Assembly: GCA_043228905.1 (NCBI GenBank)
Contig: JBHGNT010000006.1
Span: 11,098,001-11,162,000, forward strand
Direction of reading: 5' to 3'
Source of the DNA: Azolla caroliniana
Lineage: Eukaryota > Plantae > Polypodiophyta
DNA length: 64,000 bases
A program made the translations under genes and the position numbers. Shown here piece after piece: positions 1 to 11,429 of the stretch; the first letter of the stretch is position 1, and every line of letters begins with the position of its first letter. The notes under the pieces are model-generated. The model was not told the origin of the DNA. It was given only the letters and a program-made list of their open reading frames with translations, and searched no databases.

Positions 1-162
1 GATTGTGTTCATGTCAGTATACACATTTCAAATCATAACACTATATTTGTCAAAAAATGATATCCCAGAGGCTAGCTAGGAATAAACTTTAAACTTTTGG
101 GGAAAGATTTTGTATTTGCGATACAGAATGGATTTGATTTTCTCAATATATGTTTCGTAGTT

Positions 163-188
163 GGGGGGGGGGGGGGGGGGGGGGGGGC
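163..188 (+). repeat. poly-G tract (26 nt), intronic
   Basis: Uninterrupted G run. Confidence 0.95.
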
Positions 189-335
189 TTCCTAGTGGTA
201 AGCTAAGTCTTTACTTACATGTGCACCCAGGCATGGTTAAACACATGACTTCGCTACAACAGTATTGGAATGACCGGATATTTTGTGCTGAATTTAACCT
301 CATTATTTCGTAAACCAGTAGGACAAAAACAATAC

Positions 336-3300
336 CTGGTTTATGACATTAATGTTTTGCAGTTGTTTCTCCTTTTTCCTGTTAATGATTTGCTCTCGTA
401 CTTCCACAGGTGTGTCAGCGACTATCATCTGAAAATGCATCACAAAATAAGTTTATATTTCTGATGTGCACACAAAACATGGTAACACACTCTAATCAGA
501 CTGAAGGGAGCATGTTCGCATATATGCATGCATATATTGCACTTACTAGCTCACTACCAGGCCCAACATAATCATCATATTCCATAATCATTTCCATCAC
601 ACGAGGATGCCATCCAAGTATTAAAATCCGTTCTTTGGGCCCAGCTTGCCAATCTGCCGCCTACCAATAATATTCAAAGCATTTTACTCCTCTTTGGCAA
701 AACAAAAACAACAAAAAAATGTGAAGTTCAGGATTGCAGCTCATAAACTTGCCTTTGGAAGAAATGTTTTTGCTGTAGACGATGGAACAGATGTATTCAT
801 CGAAAGTACGGGTAAATTGTGAATTGATCTTTGAGTAGAATTCTCATTCTTTAGATTTCTACATGTGACAATCTCATTGGGTGCTTGTTTATATTCATTT
901 TTGGCACAGATAAGCATCAGCTAGGCAGAAATAGAAAGGAAAAAGCAATGACATACTTTCAATATCATAACAAATGAGGCAAATTTTTTCAACAATGTAA
1001 CCTTTTATCAACAAATTTAGTGAAGTTAGATTGGAGAAGAAGGTATAATGCATCAACATATCCCTAAAATGGAGCGCCAAGAGATTACCTTATCAGTTTC
1101 CTTGAGCTGCAGTGAATCTTTTGGATGAAAATAAATCTTTCCCTCACGGATGAGACCACATACTATAGCCTGAAGAACAGGAGATCATGAAGTGGAAACA
1201 TGAGACAAAAAAATCAAGATTTCTCCTTGTCTTTTGCAGCCATGTGTTTTTACCTTAGGAAATCCTGTCCTCACTTCTTGATAACTGATCCCTGCAAGGT
1301 TTGGGTAGGTTCTCAAGTTTATTACTTGCTCTGGTTGCAAATTCCAAGTAAGATGTTAAGTAAAGGTTGTGTATGTTTCAGTTTCCTGATAAACTTCACC
1401 ATATTTTCAATAATTTAGAAAGGCATTTACTATCATGCTCAAGAAGTTCACGATACACATCAATCAATCCAGGTTGCCGTGAACATTGGACCAATATCTT
1501 TGACGACAGGTTTTGCAAAGGGTTTACTTTCAGTCTTGTACAGGACTTCAAAAGGTTCAATGTATTCAGATCAATAACCTGAAACAGCCATACAAGCAAA
1601 TCAATGGTTCTTTGTTAATCACCGCGAGAAAATGCCTCCGGAAAGTAGAAAAACAGAAATTAATCCAGAAATTATATTCCAGATAAAAGTTGTTTCTCTA
1701 AATGTTCAAAAATATGCATACATTCTTCCCCATTATTTCCACTCTTTTCTCTAGCTATAAGACGACGTCTTATAAGGTGTCTAAATCGTGTCACTGGAAT
1801 GAATATCAACATGAATAATAACCAAAGCTAAAATGTACAGATACACAGCCATCTGCTACTACAAACAAGCATATGCAAAAAATATATAGACGAGCATGAA
1901 TTGGTTTTGAATAATAACAAGTAGCTACAGCATGAAAGTGGCAAGAAACTAGACCTCTACAACAAGATTCCCTGGTTTATTCTCCAATAATGGTTGTAAT
2001 GCCAAGACAGTTGAGACTGATTCTGCATCCGCTTCATACCTTATACAAGTATTAGTTACCATATTAGAAAATCGCCTTAAGTAACTTTGAAACATTTTTC
2101 TGAAACGCACATACTTGTTTCCAGTTGAAGCTAACACAATGATTGACCGAGCATTGCCAGCAGCTACTTTCTCAAATGAGATTGTATTGCTTAAGTTGCC
2201 ACTGTATTATAATCAAACAACGGAAAACATTGAAACTGGTATGAGGATAGCTAGATATATATGAAAAACATGTTGTGTTAACCAATCATATATCAAGTTA
2301 ACTTGACATATGAAAATGATCCATACACAAAGATGAAGGATGTAATCAAACAAGTAAATGCACACAAAATGTGCCTAATATTTTTAATGAATATTGGATA
2401 ATTGAATTTCTATTATAGTTTGATTATGTAATCGATTTGGAATTGTTACCAACCTTTTTTATGTCCGTCTATAAATCTATAGAGTACTGTGTGAGATGCT
2501 GAAATGTGACGAAATCTTACCATGAGACCAAGGTTTCATAACTGCTGATAGCTGATTGGTAATAAGTAACACCAAAAATATACTAATAGTTGAAAGGCTT
2601 GAGATTGGACATTATCATTCATGATTAGTGCAAAACTTTATAAGTATTAATTTGGTAAGTCCTAGACTCCCTTTTTTAAGGTTGCCTATGTTTCAGTTTC
2701 ATATCGTTTAGAAATTTCTTCCTTGTCAAACTCTTTACTTAATCATAAATGCAGAAAAGAAGATAACGGTCCTCTGACACAAAATGACTTGTTTTGACAT
2801 ACTTGTCAGGGAATTAAACAGCACAATAATGGCATTGATAGCATAGATTACTTTTTTTATCATACTGCTATCTAGCAAAACAAAACAAAGTCCCCAAATT
2901 TCATATATGATCCTCAAAACAGCTCTATGATCTACATCGCATTACGAACTGAAAACAAGAACGAGTAAAACCTTCTCGTATAGATATTGAGCTGATGAAG
3001 GTCTTTGAAAGCATAAGATACCATATTTTCTGTAGTTTTTCTCTCGTGATCTGACAACAACAGGACTGTTTGCTTCCTGGAATAAAATGGTACAGAGATC
3101 ATTCAATGTGAGTTCCTTCCTACTGTTTTATTGCAGAATAGAATTATATCAGAAAAGGTACAAAATGCAGGCAATTCTCCATCCCAGTTTTCATATTTTT
3201 TCTCATATTCTGACAACATTTGAATACAAAAATAAAAAACACCATTTTTTATGTAACTTTTCTCTCATATTCTGACAACAAAAGGACGGTTTGCTTCCTC

Positions 3301-6300
3301 GAAAAAAAATGATACAGAGATCATTCAAAGCGAGTTCCTACTGTTTTTGCAGAACAGAATTATACAGGAAATGGCACAAGACACATGTGATTCTACATCC
3401 AAGTTTTTCATAGCATGCAAAAAAATATATACAATATTGGAATACAAAAACAAAATTTACAATAGACACATATAAAATGAGGATTGCTAAATATACCGTG
3501 GCCATTGCAAACCATTGTGACGAGCTATCTCGTGGGATTTATCCAACTGCTTCAGAACGGTTGTAAGATGATTGTTCATTCCACAAATAACTATATGTCC
3601 ATTTTCCACGACTTCTGAATGTGCTCCTTCCCTCAACCAATCCATGTGACTCTTCAAAAAAATTTAATTATATAGAATAGGATTAAAATTATCATAATTT
3701 TTCAAAGTGCTCCTCTGCTATACAATGCGCATAAATAAACAGATTTCTGTTTTGGACATATACACCCTTTCCTCTTAAGATTAATGCCTCTAAAAATGCT
3801 AAATTAGAGTATGAAAACCATCCATGGACCACACATACCATTTCACTTCTCTGTAGGGTTAATGGTTTAGGTTTTAACATCCGTATACCCACCTAGTAAA
3901 CTTCAGATTACTACTTTTATCATATGTATAAAGCGCCCACTGTCTTCTCCTCATCAAGTAGTAACATGGAAAAAAAAGACATTTTATAAAACAGGACCAT
4001 GATGGCATTGTTAGTTTGATCTCAACATTTTTGCTAGTCCTTCAGAGCAAAATTTGCATTTATGCATCCCAAATGCAAAGCTCAAACTTCAAATAGCTAG
4101 GCCGATTGTTCAGAGAGTCATAATACCGTGAATTGGTCTGTCATTGTGCTTATCAAAAGGGAATAGAAAAGCAGGCCACCGATAGCCAGTATGAAGCCAA
4201 TGGCACGATCCATGCCTGTTGTAAACTAGAAGCACAGAAAAATCAGTCAATTAACAAGGACGCATATGAAAATAAAGAATAACATGGAGAGTATACATGT
4301 TGAAATAATTCAGTGATCTTTTTTATCGTTGTTGCACCTCGAGGTGTGTAGACGAGGAGGAAACACAAGCCCAGGCATCCCAAAAGGAATCTTTAATGCT
4401 TTCTTCGGAGCTCCTGATTCTCATCCAAAACAATAATGTAATGGGTTAGCTTTATAAAATATATAGAAAACATGATTGAAATTTATTGAAAACGTCAAAG
4501 ACAATGCTAGATGCAACAATGCACAAGAGAATGTATAACAAAGTTTGAACAGAAGAACGCTTTCATATACATTATCAAAATGTGTTTCATTGTTCCTGTT
4601 GTTGGTTGCATGTAATAATAACATTTATGCAAAGGATAGCAATTTATAGTTTCCGAACCCTTGGCTAATGGAAGGATATCTTCATTGGAAAATCAATAAA
4701 TAACTTTTTTTGCTCATATCCAAATTATGGTATGCATCTGAATTTTAGAAAAACAGACACAACATTCATACCTAACTTTTGAGAAGAGAAGACCTCCTAT
4801 GCATATAATGGCGAAACATGTGAACGCTAAGAAGAGAATATACCTACCAAAGGGAGGGTAACAATGTTAATGACAATGAACAAAAGAAAGACCTCTGAAT
4901 CTATCAAATTCTGACCACCTCTTTGTACATACTCAATATAATTAAGGTTTTAGCTTACAATATGGGATTCCGTTCCAAAGTAACATTCATCAAATAAGAA
5001 ATCCGAGACAAATCCAAGGAAGGGAAAACAGGTAATCGGTTTTGTAACACTGATGTAATTGCACCAAATTGCCAGAGAGAGTTTGAACTGTCCAAGCTTA
5101 TTTTTCTGGCGACACTCCCACATACAACTTGGAAACAATTAAAACAATCCTTTGGATTTGCCCTTATTTTGGTTGCCATGAAGAAAACAGATCCAACCAA
5201 TCCAATTACAACCTACATATATCCAAAGAAAAATGCCTATATTAGCATAGATTTTGAAGCCAAGATGTGCATTCTTGTTGAAGAGTGTTGATTTCATTAG
5301 AAAGGCAATGAGAATTCATGATATCCAGAAACTGATTGTTGATATGCACATTACCTTTGCAGTTACAATGGAGGGCCATCGAGACTTTTTCAAATGTCCT
5401 TTAGATAAGTCCGCCCTGTTGGGTTCAAAAAAAATGATTTGATCACCACTTTGAGCAGCTTGGCATGCTAGAAGTGGAATACTTTCAGAAATATCCGTGG
5501 AATCTAGCTTCTCCTTTTCTTCTCCTGCATAGAAAATAGTTAATTCATGCCATGGTATGATTCTTATCCCCAATGTGGTTAGGAGCCAAAAGAACTTACC
5601 TTCAGGAGATGAAAATGCTGTAACCCTCTTCGCCTTCTGCCTAACAAAGAGGTATCGGATCCAGAAGCTATTGTCCCTATACCAAGTACAATTTAATGAA
5701 AGATGGCAAAATTTCTAGTAATTCTTCTGGAATGGACGTGTAATGAAAGAATGTAAAGTTTACATGTGCAGTGTGTTAGACCAGCAACGATATATAACCC
5801 CCGACCATCTTCAGCTTCTGGCACATGTTAGTTATTTATTATGGTGGAGAGGAATACAATGTATACTAAAGAAAAGGATAAACAATGGTTATGTGAATAA
5901 CCATCCATTCAATTTGACATGTTTAGCATTGGACTGGAATTTCCAAAAGTTGTGTTATCAACATGGGCTATGGCAATTTATTATGGCAGAGAGGAATACA
6001 ATGTATACTAAAGAAAAGGATAAACAATGGTTATGTGAATAACCATCCATCCGATTTGACATGTTTGGTATTGGAATGGAATTTCCAAAAGTTGTGTTAT
6101 CAACATGGGCTATGGCAATTTATTATGGCGGAGAGGAATACAATGTATACTAAAGAAAAGGATAAACAATGGTTATGTGAATAACCATCCATCCGATTTG
6201 ACATGTTTAGTATTGGAATGGAATTTCCAAAAGTTGTGTTATCAACATGGGCTATGGCATTAACATATCACCAGGAAGAAAACTTCCATAATGCTGTGTA

Positions 6301-6865
6301 AGCATACAACATTCGTGCGGATTTGTATATTCATCCAGTCTATGAGTTGGTTTGTTGAATGGAAGCAATTATAGTCACAAAAGAGGTGCCAAGATATGGT
6401 AATAACATAAAATCAAGCAATTAGAGTATAATGGTTATGGATATACATATATGTTAATGGAATCAAAGCTTTGTATGGGGGAGGTTTTACTAGAATCAAC
6501 TTACCAAGAAGCAACATTATGTAATGGCATGTAAGAATGCAATGGGTTATGCACAATTTATATGGAGGCTCCACGTGAGAGAAGCCTTAGTTACCAGCCA
6601 TTACCAAGAAGCAAAGTCTAAAAAGAATGGTACAATGAGAAATAAGACAATATAATTATTAGTATTACCTAGAGGAAAGAAGACGTTTGGGAGAGACAGG
6701 GAACGGAATCTGGGATATGAAGGGAGAGTGGCACCAACGGTGGCCAATCATTGGCGATGACGATGACGATGATGATGAAGAAAGAGCATCCGGAAGAGGG
6801 GAAGGAAATCTGGAACAGGAGATTCCCAAGAACAGAGCCTGAGTATGGAGTGATGAGTAATACAT
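336..6865 (-). CDS. CASTOR/POLLUX-like cation channel (POLLUX-like / plastid envelope channel PEC family); 17 exons in window, 3' end beyond the left edge
   Basis: Hand-spliced, phase-compatible exons: 6669-6865, 5600-5676, 5355-5524, 4959-5212, 4772-4843, 4338-4413, 4127-4225, 3497-3651, 2972-3076, 2115-2201, 1955-2039, 1431-1578, 1254-1330, 1089-1169, 753-920, 547-660, 336-428. The translation has TM segments ([20 protein letters not shown]; [25 protein letters not shown]), pore region [15 protein letters not shown], and RCK-type motifs [33 protein letters not shown] and [11 protein letters not shown]. These match what I recall of Arabidopsis POLLUX-like/PEC proteins. Ser-rich exon 1 resembles a plastid transit peptide. 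Confidence 0.9.
3051..3410 (-). repeat. ~220-bp tandem duplication of the intron 8/exon 9 boundary (degenerate pseudo-exon at 3249-3297)
   Basis: 3051-3194 aligns with 3272-3410. The copy reads [15 protein letters not shown] versus true exon [16 protein letters not shown]. Confidence 0.85.
5834..6259. repeat. 142-bp tandem repeat x3 in intron 1 of the channel gene
   Basis: Near-identical units start at 5834, 5976 and 6118. Confidence 0.95.
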
Positions 6866-7261
6866 TGTTAATTTTTCTCCTCTCCCTGTTTTTTTTTCCC
6901 TTCTTTATTGATGATGATCCACACAACACCAGGGGAATGATGAATAAACGAATTAGTGAATGAAAAAGAATGGCTAAATGAATTCTGTGTAAGCAAAAAT
7001 TATCTTTTATACTGACTGATTCACGTATTGAATCTTTACTTATACTTTTTGGGCTCCTTTACATTTGTTTTATTGTCATTTTATCCAAAATCTGTCTACG
7101 TATATGGGCTTTTCTTTTCAATAGGCAACAAAATCTCTTGAGAATCCTCGCACAAACCTCGCAAACCCTCGATTTCCCTTCTATAAATTCACATCTGACC
7201 GTTCGATCAGATGCAAATGTGATAGATAGGTTTCTTCTCGGATGCGAATCATGGTCCTAAT

Positions 7262-7325
7262 AGTCATGAGGAAATTGAGTCATGAGGAAATTGAGTCACG
7301 AGGAAATTGAGTCACGAGGAAATTG
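7262..7325. repeat. 16-bp tandem repeat x4 (AGTCAYGAGGAAATTG) upstream of the channel gene
   Basis: Units at 7262, 7278, 7294, 7310; junctions create three TGAGTCA motifs. Confidence 0.9.
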
Positions 7326-8719
7326 AATGATTCGAGGGCTTAATTTGAAGGCTTCTTACAGCTCTTTGAGGAGCCACAACAACAAGGATCAAGATGTTAC
7401 CATGTCTCATTAGGCCTCATCATTGGGGAAGTCGAGAAAAGGTAATACATAAAATAATATACAAATATAGTAGATGTTTTCTTTTACAACTTTACGGACA
7501 AAAAAGGAATGACAAGTTCATGAAGACCGGATAACTATGTTAGCAAGTGTGTCGTCGTTGGTGTTTAGGAACTCCCCCCCACCCCCCCACCCCCCGTGAA
7601 AGGGTAAAAGTTGGCATGGCACTACTTTGATTAAGCATTCGCCTTGCTCAACTTGGATCATCTAGTGATTTGGGTATAGTTTTTCATTGTTATCATAATG
7701 CTTTTGCTCTATTGTTTCATAACGTCTTCGAACCTCAAAAAGATTGTAAATCTTTTTAGCCTTCCTTTGTGTTCACCCACACCTTCTCAACTATGTGTTG
7801 TGGACAGTGGCACCAACAAGTATAAACTTTATCTATCTGTAATAGAATGAATTTACTACAATTAAAAACTCATACCCTACTTTTACTCATCATATGGGCT
7901 CCATGGCACATGCTTTGGATGTTTGCCCTCTCCTAATATTTTCAAACAGAAGGAAGGACTAATAAGGACAAATCACTCACCTTGTGTTTTTTTTTGGCTC
8001 ACGTGGTAAATACCTTTTTGACTTGTTCTTTCCTTTCATGATGGAAGGAATTGGTTTGAAAAGGCAATGCATTATGCCATCATTTTCACTACTTTGTGTT
8101 ATGTAAAGGTTAATGTGTTCTCATAATATTGTTTGTAATTCACGGGCTTTATAACCAATTCTTCCCTATTAATCTACTTTAACTAAAATTTCATCAAACT
8201 TTGGATTATGTCTTTATCATAGAAATCTATGTGCATACGAAATGAGAGTGGAACCACCTAGGTTCTAAACCAGGGAATATGAGATCAACGATGTTGCATT
8301 TATAGCTTGTCGAAGTTGTTGGTTTGCAATGGTACAAAACCCTAGTTATTTCGCGTGTCAATAGTTGCAACTTGCATACACATTTAGAATCGCCTAGGAG
8401 AATGTGTTTGTGAATGGATGCACAAGTTTCAGTTTTCTTGGTTTATGAAAGTTTGTATGGCAACATTGTGTGTGCCAAGAGGGTGCAAAATTGTCTCCTC
8501 TTGAATGATAGACACATTTGTGTGATCTGTAAAATGTGTGTAATAGTGCACATGTAAAGATGCATAATGGTGTATGTGTGTAAATATGTGCATAAGCTCA
8601 AATGCGCAAGTGTACAAATGAATATGCATTCGTATATTTTTGTGTGAATTATTTGCTTGTGTATTGCACGAGTAAAATATTTGTATGAGCATAGAGGTTA
8701 GCGTGCATTTAGCTGAATG

Positions 8720-8743
8720 GTGTGTGTGTGTGTGTGTGTGTGT
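8720..8743. repeat. (GT)n microsatellite
   Basis: Direct reading. Confidence 0.95.
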
Positions 8744-10792
8744 AATCTTGTGTATATGTGTAGACGTAGGTGTTCGTACTCAAGCGAATATGTGAGTGTG
8801 AAATTGTGCATGTGTGGATTTATAGATATGGGCATATATACTTGTATGTGTGTATTGTGGAGTGTCTAGGGGAAAAGTAGTAAGGTATTGTGTGCATGTG
8901 TGGATTTGTTGATGTGGACACACATTGCTTGTATTTGTGTATTGTGGAGTGTCTAGGGTGAAGAAAAGTAGTAAGGAGGGGAACTTTAGGATATAGGGTA
9001 GTTTAGGTATTTATAATTTGTTGGAAGTTCTTCCTTATGAGTGAGTTAAAGTGTTTAGGGAAGAGGGGCAAAAGAGAGGGGAAGTTGAGGAAAAGGGTAA
9101 TGACCATTGACTATAGTGGAAATTAGGCTCAAGCTAACCCCATCTTTGGTTAATCGAATGTAGGGCTTAACATCAAGGATCAGTGTGTTATGACAATGTC
9201 ATTCGCGGTGGTAGTTGCAATGATATAGCATTATCAATTGCTTTGGTACGATTTATAGGCCTGTCGCCTACTCACTTCCCTTCCCTTTTGTTTTTCCCTT
9301 CACTTGTCATAGCTAGGCCTAAACCGGCATAAACTAGGATTAATCAATTTAGCATTCGCTCTCGGTTAGACATATCAGGCAATCAACCTTAGGTAGGGCT
9401 GATTTAGAGAAATTAAGCTTAAGTATGGCCAAAAATGTTTCGTTTGGGCCGATTGTTGGAGTTGGTTCTTATTTTACATTTTGCGGCAATTATTTGCCAA
9501 AAAACCAAGTTTTTGTGTTGTGGCAAGAATTCACGTGTACATGTGAAATGTAGACTAGCACAATCGTGGGCCTAAACCAAGGATAATGGCTCTATCAATG
9601 AAAGGGCTACAAAAGACAACAAATGATTATGCACTCCTTTGTCCTTCTTTAGATTGAGCTTCTTGTCTTTATTTGAGTGGGATCACTTATAAAACATGCA
9701 TTGTTTGTGCGGGATAATGTGCTCACCTTTTGCGATTGTGCCAAAATGTGCGAGTATAAGTACTATGAGAGTAGATACATGTTTACATGAAAATGAAAGA
9801 ATGTAATGTGCATGTGATATATGTTCAAATGTTCATGTGTGATTATAGATAGATATTTTTAGTGTCAATAGAGAGGCAAATATTGACCCATAAGACCTAA
9901 GTACAAAAGCTATCTTGACGCGTGTCTTGTACCTAAGAAGGGATATTCATACTTTGAAGCACCAAGTCTTGATGTGTGAATAAGGCATACATATATGTGC
10001 TCAACCCTCTATGTTCTCTTCAGAAAGAGAACACCTAGAAGGTTGTATGTGTGCACTTTGATAATTGAATGTGAGTGCACATGCAAATGTGGGAACTATG
10101 TGTGAAGCTTAGGCTCAATGTCGAGCTTTGTTGGGATGTGGCTCAAAGCAAGCTCTTTGCCTTGTTTGGTCAAGAACATTGGGTTGCAATAACATCAATT
10201 ATTGGATCAACATGGACCAAGTCAGTTGATTGCCACTCCTTGATGAGCACATCTCTATTGCTCATCGACTTTAGGAGCTTTCCCTTCACTAAGGCCTAAA
10301 TTTTCCTTAGTTAGGCCCAAGTTGGGATCAACACTATGCTCGATCTAGGAAATTGGCCTTCACTAGGGGCGATTTTCCAAATTGGTTTAAAAAAGGGATC
10401 TAGAGATGACTCAAGAATCCCTACAAGGAGATTAAGAGTTCCTAGGTCTGATTTGGGAACCTAGGGATCATTTGGGGGGTAAAATCCCTTCTAGTGTTGG
10501 ATTCTGAGCCAAAATTTTCATCCTGGCCCTCTTGGGAGTGGCTTAGGGTTGGGTTGACTAGTAGAAGTTTGTGTGTTTGAGATCCCACTTGAGGTTTCCC
10601 TTTAGTAATGGAAGTACTAGCAAAATTGAAAATATTTGTTTGTGGTGTCTATATTGGTGATGGTACAAACTGTATGCTTATAACCCCTGTAGATTCAATG
10701 TTCAACATTTTATATCAGACTTGTAAATATTTGCGGGATCTTAAGTAGTCTCCTATGGTGAACTCAATCTCAATTAGTAGCTTAATAGGATA

Positions 10793-10945
10793 GTGAAAGG
10801 GTGGCATCTTCATCAAATGGATGTGAAGAATGTGGTCCATCAAGGTGAGCTAGAGGATGAGGCATACATGGTACAAACACTAGACTTCAAGTTGAGATCA
10901 CACCTGAATGCGAAATGTCGTATGCTGACTCAAGAAGCCCCTCTA
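10793..10945 (+). mobile_element. Ty1/copia reverse transcriptase remnant
   Basis: KGWHLHQMDVKNVVHQGELEDEAYMVQ matches the copia RT motif also seen at 48.6 kb. Confidence 0.85.
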
Positions 10946-11232
10946 TGGTGTCGTGATGTTGACCGACAATGGTGTGCAATTCACATGAAAAGAAAACGAG
11001 TGCGGGTGTGCAAACGTGGGCTAAAGTCGGCAAGGGCACATGCACAAGAACAAAGAAGAGTGCATGAAAGGGAATAAAAGTAGGAGAGAGGAAATTGTAT
11101 GGTAGGCAAAAGAGAGAGTCAAGTCAAAGTGCATATGGGGGTGTGTGTGAAAGGACATGAGGTTGTAAAAGTAAGAGAGATTCTCTCACACGAGTGAGGA
11201 AAGCAAGAGAGAGGGGAGTGCACACATATGTG

Positions 11233-11236
<4 letters not shown>

Positions 11237-11274
<38 letters not shown>
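11237..11274. repeat. (GA)n microsatellite
   Basis: Direct reading. Confidence 0.95.
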
Positions 11275-11278
<4 letters not shown>

Positions 11279-11429
11279 TATATTAACACTTCTAATACCA
11301 AAATTGACCCATGAGACAATTGGTTTACAATAAAAATGGGGTATTTACCCATTCATTGAAAGTAAAAAAGAAAAAAGAACGTAAGCTAAAGAGTTCTAGC
11401 AAAAAAAAACATGTTCTATAACGAAGTGA

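Noticed and set aside
7700-10750. Possible gene or element in the 7.7-10.7 kb interval
   Set aside because: Only short ORFs, microsatellites and a small local duplication; probably decayed repeats that I cannot assign
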